Under the pieces are notes generated by a model. That model was given only the letters and a program-made list of their open reading frames with translations. It was not told where the DNA came from and searched no databases. A DNA stretch of 58,329 bases. It comes from Armatimonadota bacterium (GTDB lineage Bacteria; Armatimonadota; UBA5829; DTLH01). Below are positions 19,020-27,886 of the stretch, in pieces. Every line of letters starts with the position of its first letter. Within the stretch, counting starts at the first letter, position 1. Location of the stretch: positions 1 to 58,329 of the forward strand of contig JBDKUN010000025.1 in assembly GCA_039679675.1 (NCBI GenBank), given 5' to 3'. The position numbers and the translations under genes are program-made.

Positions 19020-19207
19020 CCTTTACGAACGGTAATCATCTCTACCCATTGGGTGGCCATACATAGTAAGTAACAATGAGGCATAGGACAGGCATCCTGC
19101 ACGAAACATTGCAGTAGACTTTACGGTAGAATATACCCATTATTGCGGGAAAGTATTTATGATGGGATAGGGGATATGGAGGATGATATAGGATCCTAAA
19201 TCTCTCG

Positions 19208-20587
19208 CTATTTTCCTATACAGAAATCCTGGAAAATACGGTCTACGAGGTCTGCTGATGCGGTATCTCCTGTTATGTCTCCGAGATTCATTCGGGCGGC
19301 TGCCAGGTCTATTGAGAGAAAATCGATTGGTAAAGCCTGTTCGATTGTAATAAGCGCTTTTTCCAGGCTTTCTTTTGCTGCTATCAGAGCTTGTTTATGC
19401 CGCAGGTTTGTAACGAGCGCTCCTTCGCCGCTGCCGGCTTTTCCGCTCATAACTGTTTCGGCAATTTTGTCTTCAAGTTCCTCAATGCCAAGCCCGGTCG
19501 AGGCCGATATGGGAATTGCGACTATGTAGGGGAACTCGCTATGTATCTGCTGCAGAGCTTCGAGTTTATTTTCATTGGTCAGCAGGTCAATTTTGTTCAG
19601 CACTATCAATACTGGAGTCTCAAAACCGGAAAGTATCTTTCTATCTTCGTCCGTAAGCCCGTAAGAGGAATCAACAACGAACAATATCAACCCTGCGGCG
19701 GCCATTGTCCTTTCCGTCAGCTCGACGCCAATCCTTTCGACCTCGTCTGCGGCGGCCCTAAGACCTGCTGTATCCGCCGCGATGACTGGAATTCCACGGA
19801 TATTTATTGATTCCTCGATAACATCCCTGGTCGTTCCAGGAACAGGGGTAACGATAGCACGAGACTGCCTTAGAAGCGCGTTCAGAAGGCTGGACTTACC
19901 TACATTCGGCCTACCGATTATAGCAAGAGAGATACCTTCCCGGTAAATGCGGCCTCGGTCACTTGTGGCGATCAAATGATCGATATTCTGGACCAACATA
20001 TTGATTTCGCCTGCCAGTAATTGGTAGTTTGGTTCTTCGACATCTTCGGGAAAATCTATGGAAGCTTCGATCCGAGCAAGTATCGAGAGAATAGTATCCG
20101 TAATTTTGGATACGTTGGAAGAAAGCATGCCGCCAAGCTGATTAAGTGCCTGACGCTGCGCATCATCCGTACGCGCGCGGATAATGTCGTTGACTGCTTC
20201 CGCCTGAGCAAGGTCGAGGCGTCCATTGAGGAAAGCCCGCTTGGTAAACTCACCGGGGCCTGCAGGCTGCGCTCCGGCATCGTACGCAGCTTCAAGCGCT
20301 CTTCCGAGGGTTACAACCCCGCCATGGCACGAGATTTCAATTGTGTCTTCGCCTGTATAACTTGCAGGTGCTCTAAATACAGTAAGCAGAACTTTGTCTA
20401 TAAGCTCCCTGTTCACAGGATGAACCATCGATCCGTAATGGACTGTGTGAGAATGGAAGGTTGATGGGGTGCCGGAAACACTCTCGAATAAGCGGTCACC
20501 GATTAGAAAAGCATCGGGACCACTTATTCGTATAACTCCGATGCCGCACGAGCCTATTGCGGTCGCTATGGCGGCTATCGTGTCCAT
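19208..20587 (-). CDS. mnmE: tRNA modification GTPase MnmE
   Basis: DTIAAIAT, GRPNVGKSS, GTTRD, DTAG, NKID, terminal FCIGK. Confidence 0.97.
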   Translation of the reverse strand: MDTIAAIATAIGSCGIGVIRISGPDAFLIGDRLFESVSGTPSTFHSHTVHYGSMVHPVNRELIDKVLLTVFRAPASYTGEDTIEISCHGGVVTLGRALEAAYDAGAQPAGPGEFTKRAFLNGRLDLAQAEAVNDIIRARTDDAQRQALNQLGGMLSSNVSKITDTILSILARIEASIDFPEDVEEPNYQLLAGEINMLVQNIDHLIATSDRGRIYREGISLAIIGRPNVGKSSLLNALLRQSRAIVTPVPGTTRDVIEESINIRGIPVIAADTAGLRAAADEVERIGVELTERTMAAAGLILFVVDSSYGLTDEDRKILSGFETPVLIVLNKIDLLTNENKLEALQQIHSEFPYIVAIPISASTGLGIEELEDKIAETVMSGKAGSGEGALVTNLRHKQALIAAKESLEKALITIEQALPIDFLSIDLAAARMNLGDITGDTASADLVDRIFQDFCIGK

Positions 20588-20588
20588 A

Positions 20589-21062
20589 TCACTTATGAGG
20601 AGAGATTACGATGTGCCTATATTCGCCTTCTCCCTCGCTGTACGTGACAACATCGGTGCTATCAGCGAGTAAGACGTGGATTATTCGCCTGTCTCTTGCT
20701 GACTGCGGCTCCAGCACTGCTTCCTCACCAAGTTCCTTTACCTGACGGGCAATCTCTAGTGCCTTAGCCTCAAGCATCTGCTTGTGCCGCTCGCGATATC
20801 CTTCTGCATCGAGCAGCGTGCGTATCTTGTACGAAGAACTGCGATTAATCGCTATGCTGACGATATATTGAAGTGCGTCCAGTGTCTGTCCATGTCTTCC
20901 GATGAGTCTTCCTATATCGTTCGAGTCACCGGTAAGATTGATCTGAATTTCCTCATCATCTTCGGATACCAGTTCAGGTTTGACATTGAACTGCATTGCA
21001 TCAAGTATGGTCTCAAGCAGGCGTAAAGCCTGCTCTCCAAATGATCCTGATTCTTCAACCAT
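20589..21062 (-). CDS. jag: Jag/KhpB RNA-binding protein (KH + R3H; no Jag_N domain)
   Basis: LIGRHGQTLDALQY KH motif, RRIIH R3H motif, TYSEGEG; canonical position between yidC and mnmE. Confidence 0.9.
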   Translation of the reverse strand: MVEESGSFGEQALRLLETILDAMQFNVKPELVSEDDEEIQINLTGDSNDIGRLIGRHGQTLDALQYIVSIAINRSSSYKIRTLLDAEGYRERHKQMLEAKALEIARQVKELGEEAVLEPQSARDRRIIHVLLADSTDVVTYSEGEGEYRHIVISPHK

Positions 21063-21103
21063 TGACTGATCCTCCTTGGAGTTGTCAGTTGTATTCTATG
21101 AAA

Positions 21104-22447
21104 CTAACGGCGGTTTCTTCTGGACCGCCGCGAAGGTCTTCTTTCCTGTGCTGGCGCGGGGCTCGGTGCTTCAACCGGCTGCACACCGTGAATAATATGA
21201 TATTGCTGCCAGGTCTGCAAAATATTGAACGTCAACCAATACAATACGAAAGCAGAAGGCAAATAACCGATGATGAAGAAGAACATCACTGGCATCATGA
21301 TAGACATCGCTTTCTGCTGTTCGGCCTGAGTTGGGTCCACTATCGATATTCTCTGAGAGATAACCATGCTGATCGTGTAAAGCACCAGGAGAATAAGGTC
21401 AGGCTGTGCAAGGTTTGCAGCCGTTATCCAGACCGGCCGGCTCATGATCGGAACACTGAGCAAGTGTGAGACAGAATGCCAGCCAATCCAAAGGAAGGTG
21501 CCATTCGCAAACCGCTGCTCATAATATCTGATCATCGTGTAGACCAGGATCAATATCGGCATCTGTATTAATATCGGCAGGCATCCGGCGAGCGGATTGA
21601 CACCCTCATCTTTATAGAGTTTCATCATCTTTTCGCCAAGCACACGCTGATCGTCTTTATATTTCTCCTGCAGCTCTTTAACGAGCGGCTGGATGCGCTG
21701 CATATCCTTCATGCCTTTAAACTGGGCTTTGGTAAGCGGCGTAATCAGAATCTTGACGATGACCGTAAGCAGGATGATAGCGAACCAGTAGCTGAACCAG
21801 GGAATACGGCCCGTAACAAGGACCAGGCTGTCCATGATCTTATAAAGGACCTTGCCCCTGTTCTGACTGTCCATCTTTTCCCCGGAATATTTTTCGTAGG
21901 CTTGAGCCTGGACGACAAGAGCTCTGATCTCACGGGCTTCCTTCTTGCCATATTTGTCTTTTAGGTCGCTAAATGTACGGCCGCTATCGAATCTTTGGAG
22001 AATTACCCGAAATGTGTCTCTTGCGATGTTAGGATTTTGCAGCGGGACCGTTTTACCCGGGGTGAATATCCTGCTGAAAAACCCGGTCGCAGGGATACGG
22101 CTGTGATACACCTGGCTCATTCCATCTTTCGGAGTGGAATCTACAGGGACACCAAGATATATTTTTCCCTTAGCCAAAGTAGCTTCGATCATTATCGTTG
22201 CTGCATCCGGGTTTTTCTTAGTATCAACGCCTGCAGCCTGATCAAGCGGTTTTATTGCGGAAATGAATTTCTTGCCCTGCTGCAGAGAACCTTCGGTTTT
22301 TTGTGCTTCAGTGGCAAGTTTTATTCCCCGTTTAAGAAGATCTGGCGCAATTTCGGAATCCGTGGGATTGATCCTTGCACAACCGGAAACGAGGAATTGA
22401 ACCAGTACCAGCGCCGCAATAATATATAGTAGTCTATTTATTTTCAT
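21104..22447 (-). CDS. yidC: Membrane protein insertase YidC with lipoprotein signal and extra N-terminal domain
   Basis: AIILLTVIVK, MQRIQP, GVNPLAGCLPILIQMPI, LPSAFVLYW. Start ATG 22447 gives the lipobox LVSGC. Confidence 0.93.
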   Translation of the reverse strand: MKINRLLYIIAALVLVQFLVSGCARINPTDSEIAPDLLKRGIKLATEAQKTEGSLQQGKKFISAIKPLDQAAGVDTKKNPDAATIMIEATLAKGKIYLGVPVDSTPKDGMSQVYHSRIPATGFFSRIFTPGKTVPLQNPNIARDTFRVILQRFDSGRTFSDLKDKYGKKEAREIRALVVQAQAYEKYSGEKMDSQNRGKVLYKIMDSLVLVTGRIPWFSYWFAIILLTVIVKILITPLTKAQFKGMKDMQRIQPLVKELQEKYKDDQRVLGEKMMKLYKDEGVNPLAGCLPILIQMPILILVYTMIRYYEQRFANGTFLWIGWHSVSHLLSVPIMSRPVWITAANLAQPDLILLVLYTISMVISQRISIVDPTQAEQQKAMSIMMPVMFFFIIGYLPSAFVLYWLTFNILQTWQQYHIIHGVQPVEAPSPAPAQERRPSRRSRRNRR

Positions 22448-22455
22448 TCGGTATA

Positions 22456-22671
22456 TTATCTTACGGGATCTTCTCCGCCTGGAGCCCAAGGGTGGCACCT
22501 CGAAATCCGGCATATTCCCATCCAGACACCTTTCAACGGACCGTATTTTTCAATAGCCTGAGCTGTATATTCGGAGCAAGAGGGGGTATACCTGCACATC
22601 TTCGGCAGAAAGTGACGCGATATGGGTTGGTATCCCTTCCTGATAATGAACACCATGACCCATCGAAGCAT
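22456..22671 (-). CDS. yidD: Membrane protein insertion efficiency factor
   Basis: [10 protein letters not shown]...[16 protein letters not shown]. Confidence 0.95.
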   Translation of the reverse strand: MLRWVMVFIIRKGYQPISRHFLPKMCRYTPSCSEYTAQAIEKYGPLKGVWMGICRISRCHPWAPGGEDPVR

Positions 22672-22674
22672 AAA

Positions 22675-23037
22675 CTATTCCCCCATGTCCGTAAGTGCGC
22701 CTAATCGTTTGAGTAGTTTCTCAAGATCGGCTAGAATGCCTGAAAGCGATGCCGCTGCTGTCCCCCGCCGCGCAATTACTACAATATCGTAACTGCCTGA
22801 AATCCGAGTTATCAGTGATTTTGCCGCCTCCCGCATAAGCCTTTTTGCTCTATTACGCTGCACAGCTCCCCCGGCCTTTTTTCCTGCGGTAAACCCAAAT
22901 CTGAGCTGGTGTTTACCAGGTCTGGGAAGTACGTACACGACGATGAGGTCCGTAGCACCGGACCTCCCTCGACCATAAACAGTTTTAAAGCTTCTTGAAG
23001 AAGTAAGCCGCGCATTCGAAGGCAGCATCTCACGCAC
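22675..23037 (-). CDS. rnpA: Ribonuclease P protein component (alternative start ATG 23028)
   Basis: RL..SRSF..VY..G, RFGFTAGKKAGGAVQRNRAKRLMRE RNR motif. Confidence 0.95.
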   Translation of the reverse strand: MREMLPSNARLTSSRSFKTVYGRGRSGATDLIVVYVLPRPGKHQLRFGFTAGKKAGGAVQRNRAKRLMREAAKSLITRISGSYDIVVIARRGTAAASLSGILADLEKLLKRLGALTDMGE

Positions 23038-23051
23038 TCCTTAAGGGCGCG

Positions 23052-23186
23052 CTAGACGGTAAGCTGCCAACGGCCCTTCTGCCGTCTCGCACTAAGTACT
23101 TTTCGTCCGCCACGACTGGTCATCTTTGTAAGAAAACCGTGTGTGCGCTTTCTACGGCGAACTTTCGGTTGATATGTCCTTTTCAT
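23052..23186 (-). CDS. rpmH: 50S ribosomal protein L34 (missing from ORF track)
   Basis: Hand translation: [44 protein letters not shown]. Confidence 0.98.
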   Translation of the reverse strand: MKRTYQPKVRRRKRTHGFLTKMTSRGGRKVLSARRQKGRWQLTV

Positions 23187-23214
23187 ATAATAACTTCAAC
23201 CCCCTAACTGGCAG

Positions 23215-23243
23215 ATTATACCATAACGACAGATCAGTTACAA
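23215..23243 (-). promoter_or_regulatory. Sigma70 promoter of the rpmH operon
   Basis: Minus strand reads TTGTAA-N17-TATAAT with extended TG. Confidence 0.7.
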
Positions 23244-23357
23244 GATGTAATAGTTCACTGTTGGCAAGCCATCAATTTGTACCTTCTTCTATTCGTACAA
23301 TACTTAACTTTTTATGTGCTATGGATGAGTGAACTGTTACTATACGGGCGCGGAACG

Positions 23358-23948
23358 CTAAAGCCGTTCCAGAAACTCTCTTGCCGCATGCAGCGCTTTT
23401 CCACGGTGGCTGATACGGTCTTTCTCTTCGGCTGACATTTCTGCAGTGGTCATTCCGAACTCTGGGACATAGAATATAGGGTCGTAGCCAAATCCGTTAT
23501 TGCCGTGCGGCTCATGTGCGATTATTCCTTCGACCTTTCCCTCAACTGTGCCGATGATTTTACCCGGCACTGCGATGGCGGCGACTGCGACAAACCTGGC
23601 AGTCCGCTTGTCATCGGGGACATTTTGCAGAAGATCAAGGACTTTTTCATTTCGTTCTTCATCTGTGGCATTAGGACCGGCAAAACGGCTGGAATAAACA
23701 CCTGGCGCACCGTCCAGAGCATCTACAACCAGGCCTGAGTCGTCCGCAATAGCGAGGCTGCCGGTATGGTCCGCGGCGGCGAGGACCTTTATCTGTGCAT
23801 TTCCGGCAAAAGTACCTGCATTCTCCTCCGGTTCGGGGTAGGGGGGATAATCGCGCAGGGTTCGAACATCGTAGTCCATACCGGCCAGGATCCGAGCGAT
23901 CTCCTTTCCCTTGGCCTCGTTGTTGGTCGCAATAACGAGTGTTTTCAC
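23358..23948 (-). CDS. rdgB: dITP/XTP pyrophosphatase
   Basis: [41 protein letters not shown]. Confidence 0.96.
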   Translation of the reverse strand: MKTLVIATNNEAKGKEIARILAGMDYDVRTLRDYPPYPEPEENAGTFAGNAQIKVLAAADHTGSLAIADDSGLVVDALDGAPGVYSSRFAGPNATDEERNEKVLDLLQNVPDDKRTARFVAVAAIAVPGKIIGTVEGKVEGIIAHEPHGNNGFGYDPIFYVPEFGMTTAEMSAEEKDRISHRGKALHAAREFLERL

Positions 23949-24670
23949 AGTATTCCCGAAAGACTCTCTTTGACCTTTACAATCAGCTCTCCGATGCCTT
24001 TATCGGCGAGTTCGAGCATTCGGTTCATTCTGTTTCTGGAGAACGGCATGCCTTCCGCTGTTCCCTGAATTTCCACGAACCTGCCGCCTGATGTCATAAC
24101 GATGTTCATATCGACTGATGCGCTTGAGTCTTCGGCGTAGTTGAGATCGAGTATCTCTTCGTTCTGGACGACGCCGACGCTGATAGCTGCCAACACGTCC
24201 GAGATCGGAATTCGTTTCAGTGCACCTTCCTTTTTAAGGACGTTTGCAGCCTGGACAAACGATACGAACGCGCCGGTAACGGACGCCGTCCGCGTTCCGC
24301 CGTCAGCCTGGATTACATCGCAGTCGAGCCAGATCGTGCGCTCTCCCAGCGCGTCGAGATCGACCACTGAGCGTACCGCGCGCCCTACAAGCCGCTGAAT
24401 TTCCATCGTCCTGCCGCCTGCGCCGCCTCTGCCGACTTCCCTTGCAGTCCTGGTCTGGCACGACCGTGGGAGCATCCCGTACTCAGCGCTGACCCAGCCG
24501 GATCCGCTGCCTTTCCTGAAAATCGGGACTTTTTCTTCTATGGAAGCGGTGCAGATCACTTTAGTATCGCCGACTTCTATCAAGCAGGACCCTTCCGCGT
24601 ATTTTATAAAGTTAGTTGTAATCTTAACAGGCCGAAGCTGGTTTGCGGCGCGGCCATCGAGTCGAATCAT
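23945..24670 (-). CDS. rph: Ribonuclease PH
   Basis: [44 protein letters not shown]. Confidence 0.97.
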   Translation of the reverse strand: MIRLDGRAANQLRPVKITTNFIKYAEGSCLIEVGDTKVICTASIEEKVPIFRKGSGSGWVSAEYGMLPRSCQTRTAREVGRGGAGGRTMEIQRLVGRAVRSVVDLDALGERTIWLDCDVIQADGGTRTASVTGAFVSFVQAANVLKKEGALKRIPISDVLAAISVGVVQNEEILDLNYAEDSSASVDMNIVMTSGGRFVEIQGTAEGMPFSRNRMNRMLELADKGIGELIVKVKESLSGIL

Positions 24671-24674
24671 CTTT

Positions 24675-25520
24675 TTACCTTTCTGCGTTCATTCTGCATT
24701 TTGAGTTTCGAACCGGTTCCAGGTCGACACCCCACTCGATAATGTCAACACGTTCGATATTTCTACCGAGAAACCGGCTGCCGAGCTTTGCGATACCGTC
24801 AGTGGTGCCGCTTGCGATAAACTGATGCTCTGTTACTTCTCCAGGCTCCGCCAGAATACCGCGCTCCGATAATATCTTCCGGAGTTCGCTCGTCGTTTCC
24901 TCCGCAGGGTCAACAATGGAGGCCCCAGGAGCGGCCTTTTCTATCGCCGGTCTGAGAAACGGGTAATGCGTGCATCCCAGAATGAGCGTGTTTGCGCCGT
25001 TTGCGATGAGCGGTTCTACATACTTTCGAACAGCGGCTTCCGCTTCTTCGCTTTCTGCTCGCCCGGACTCTATAAGCGGGACAAATGCGGAGCATGGCTG
25101 CTCCCAGACGACAGCTCCGGGGTTGAGCTGCTTTATCGCACGCCTGTAGGCGCCGCTTTTTACCGTTCCCGTAGTGGCAAGCACCCCGATAGCATTGTTT
25201 CCGGTCATAACTGCTGCACGGGAACCGGGCTCTATCACTCCAAGGATCGGAACATCCGGAAAAGTCTCCTGTGCGCTCTCCAGCGCTACTGCTGTGGACA
25301 TATTACATGCCATGACTACGACTTTCGCCCCACGGTTGATAAGATATTGGGTAATCCCAAGTGCGAACCCCTCTATCTCTGCTAAGGGGCGTTCTCCGTA
25401 AGGCACATGGGCTGTATCTGCGAGGTAAATGATCGATTCATCTGGTAAATTGCGAAGGATCTCGGCTGCTACGGTGAGCCCGCCGAGACCTGAATCAAAA
25501 ACACCTATAGGACCTGTCAC
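24675..25520 (-). CDS. murI: Glutamate racemase
   Basis: [26 protein letters not shown]. Confidence 0.96.
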   Translation of the reverse strand: MTGPIGVFDSGLGGLTVAAEILRNLPDESIIYLADTAHVPYGERPLAEIEGFALGITQYLINRGAKVVVMACNMSTAVALESAQETFPDVPILGVIEPGSRAAVMTGNNAIGVLATTGTVKSGAYRRAIKQLNPGAVVWEQPCSAFVPLIESGRAESEEAEAAVRKYVEPLIANGANTLILGCTHYPFLRPAIEKAAPGASIVDPAEETTSELRKILSERGILAEPGEVTEHQFIASGTTDGIAKLGSRFLGRNIERVDIIEWGVDLEPVRNSKCRMNAER

Positions 25521-26134
25521 TCTGCGTCACCTTTACTGAGCAGAGTGGAGTCGCCCTCAAGCGGTTGTGAAATATCGAGGTGACCACCAAGCGACTCTAC
25601 TTTCTTTCCCTCCACCATTATTTGGACCTTCTTTACATCATCGAATTGGGCCAGTGTATGTACTATTGCGTTAACCAGCAGGGCTTCGTTCATTGAGCCG
25701 CCGGTAAAGTTATCCCTAATCTCTTTGCTGAAATCGGCATAAGCCGTCCGTTTCTTGATTTTTACTCCGATCAGTTTTGTGCCCTGCGGGATCAGATACT
25801 TCGCCGGTGCGGCTTCTTCGGTATTCGTCGCAAGGAGTGCTTCGAGCGCAGCTCTGTGAGGATCCGCATCTGCAGGGACACTTCGTTCAACAGGCACAAG
25901 CCGTGGGTCCATCCCTACGATCTTCATTACATAGATATTCACTTTCCGTTTCGGCTTAACAACAGTGCCATGATCCGGTTTCTGATGCTGAACAGCAGGT
26001 ATATCTGCTCCGGGATGTGACGTAGTCTTAATCGATTTATTATACCAGACTGCCAGGCTGGCTATAGCAATAATCAGCACTGCGGCTGCGAATAAAGGAG
26101 TTGCTGCTCTGGGCGTAGATTTTTTTCTTGCCAT
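25517..26134 (-). CDS. Membrane-anchored GerMN-domain protein
   Basis: N-terminal TM helix; IPQGTKL...AYADFS...GGS..E...V.AIV.TL.QF..VKKVQI.VEG...LGGH GerMN pattern. Confidence 0.9.
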   Translation of the reverse strand: MARKKSTPRAATPLFAAAVLIIAIASLAVWYNKSIKTTSHPGADIPAVQHQKPDHGTVVKPKRKVNIYVMKIVGMDPRLVPVERSVPADADPHRAALEALLATNTEEAAPAKYLIPQGTKLIGVKIKKRTAYADFSKEIRDNFTGGSMNEALLVNAIVHTLAQFDDVKKVQIMVEGKKVESLGGHLDISQPLEGDSTLLSKGDAE

Positions 26135-26135
26135 A

Positions 26136-27764
26136 TCAATTGCCCTCTACTTCGTTTGTACCTTCTACATATGATCTCAAACCATCGACAACCCCGAGAG
26201 CGAATTTCTCTCTGAAATTATCGTCCGAGAGAAGTCTTCTATCATTCGAGTTGTCTATAAACCCGGATTCGATCAATACCGCTGGGACATTTGCGTTTCT
26301 TAACACAGAGAGACCGATTGTAGAGAGTTTGGTGTCCAACCTTGCGCCTCTGTTTTTCATGCCGGTATTTGCTATCAACCGCGATTGTATCGAATACGCC
26401 AGTGCACGGCTGCTCGGCTGCCCCGGATGGTAATAAGTTTCTGTCCCGGATAACGTTTCAGGAGCCAGGGCATTGCAATGGATGCTGATAAAGAAATCTG
26501 CACAGTGATTATCGGCGACGGCAGGGCGGGCGGGCAGATCAACATCATAATCACCATCACGTGTCAGTATCACCCTTGCGCCGAGTTGCTCCAATTCGGT
26601 CTTGATCTTCTGGGCGATCAACATGTTGAGGACTTTTTCTTTGACGCCGTTGCACTGTGCACCTGGTTTATTGCCGCCGTGACCCGGATCGATGACGATC
26701 AGCTTGTCTTTCAGCTTTCCTCCAGCGCCGGACGGCAGCCTGAGGTCTAATGTGATTCCTCCATCATCAGCATCGGCCGTATAAGCAAGATAGCGCGATG
26801 TATCGAGCACTATCCGCGCGGTATCGTTCTGCAAACCTATCCTTATCGTTCTCAGAGTAGAATTATCGACTGAAATATCGTCTTTCGATACCTTGAGAAC
26901 GGCTTTTTCTATGTCTACTGAGATTCTTGTCGGTGAAGCGTATTGCTGTGCCGTAAATACCGGCTTGCCCGTGGTAGAAATCCGGACTTTCACGCGGGAA
27001 TCTCCGTCCCGGTCGAATTTTATGCCGGTAATCGTGACCGGAGTGGCTTGTTGAGGCTTCAGGCCTTCTTTTACTGGGTTTGCAGCCCCTCCTAGAGAGA
27101 CTTTGAGTTCTTTACCAGGCTCATTGGTCAATATTTTGAAATCTATCTTGCGGTCAACGTCCATCACTATCCGCGCGGTGTCGTCCGCAAACTGACCGAG
27201 CCGGATACGTGAGAGGTTGCCACCGTCTATCGAGTAAGTTTGTGCATCAGTAGAGACTTTAGCGCCGGGCAGGTCCAGCGAAATGCGCCACGGCTTCGGC
27301 CATACCTTCGCGTTGCTGATGCTGACCGGCATGGTAAGCCGGGCTGTTAGGGTGTTGCCCTCAAACTCAACGGCGACAAGTTTAGCAAGCAATGTAGCTG
27401 TGGAAGAGGCGTCATCCCAATTGTAGTAGATATCCAGTGCCTTCGCGGCATCTTCCAGTGAAATATAGCGCGCTTTTTTGCGTTCCACCAGGCTAAGTTC
27501 GGACACATCTTCGGCGAGAGCGACTGTGACTCGATGCTCACCGACGGCATAGTTCACACCCATGGACTTGAGGATGTCGACAGGCGCATAGACTTTGCCG
27601 TCTTCAACGAATGCTTCCGGAGAAAGGTCCACGGCTTTAGTCCCGACCACCACTCGGACATGTCGGGGTGCGGCAATTACAACCGAAGACAAGCCCAACA
27701 TCAAAAGGACAAAGAAGCAAGCTCTTGTTTTTGATCGCATCACGCGGAAATCACCAACTATCAT
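26136..27764 (-). CDS. N-acetylmuramoyl-L-alanine amidase (Amidase_3) with AMIN domains
   Basis: Signal peptide, two AMIN-like repeats (RIRLGQF..DTARIV; IRIGLQNDTARIV), IVIDPGHGG, FISIHCNA, PAVLIESGFIDN. Confidence 0.93.
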   Translation of the reverse strand: MIVGDFRVMRSKTRACFFVLLMLGLSSVVIAAPRHVRVVVGTKAVDLSPEAFVEDGKVYAPVDILKSMGVNYAVGEHRVTVALAEDVSELSLVERKKARYISLEDAAKALDIYYNWDDASSTATLLAKLVAVEFEGNTLTARLTMPVSISNAKVWPKPWRISLDLPGAKVSTDAQTYSIDGGNLSRIRLGQFADDTARIVMDVDRKIDFKILTNEPGKELKVSLGGAANPVKEGLKPQQATPVTITGIKFDRDGDSRVKVRISTTGKPVFTAQQYASPTRISVDIEKAVLKVSKDDISVDNSTLRTIRIGLQNDTARIVLDTSRYLAYTADADDGGITLDLRLPSGAGGKLKDKLIVIDPGHGGNKPGAQCNGVKEKVLNMLIAQKIKTELEQLGARVILTRDGDYDVDLPARPAVADNHCADFFISIHCNALAPETLSGTETYYHPGQPSSRALAYSIQSRLIANTGMKNRGARLDTKLSTIGLSVLRNANVPAVLIESGFIDNSNDRRLLSDDNFREKFALGVVDGLRSYVEGTNEVEGN

Positions 27765-27813
27765 TCTACGGCTCTATGAGACGCAGTTAATATGCACGGC
27801 TCATCAGTAATTC

Positions 27814-27847
27814 TACCAGGGAATTGAATAAAATTGAACCCCTGGTA
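27814..27847. terminator. Inverted repeat between GH94 and amidase; possible terminator
   Basis: TACCAGGG (27814-27821) pairs with CCCTGGTA (27840-27847). No clear U-tract. Confidence 0.3.
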
Positions 27848-27886
27848 TTCGAAGCCGATATAGATACGGTGATTTGTTGTGGAACG

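Noticed and set aside
19020..19207. CIRCE, HAIR or CtsR heat-shock operators upstream of hsp20-lon
   Set aside because: No TTAGCACTC-N9-GAGTGCTAA, CTTGAGT-N7-ACTCAAG or GTCAAA-type direct repeats found.
22448..22513. Arg-rich N-terminal extension of YidC, resembling a Tat-like leader
   Set aside because: It is the alternative frame of yidD. ATG 22447 gives a normal lipoprotein signal.
23187..23357. Possible oriC upstream of rpmH
   Set aside because: No canonical DnaA boxes seen, no dnaA, and the region is short and explained by the rpmH promoter.
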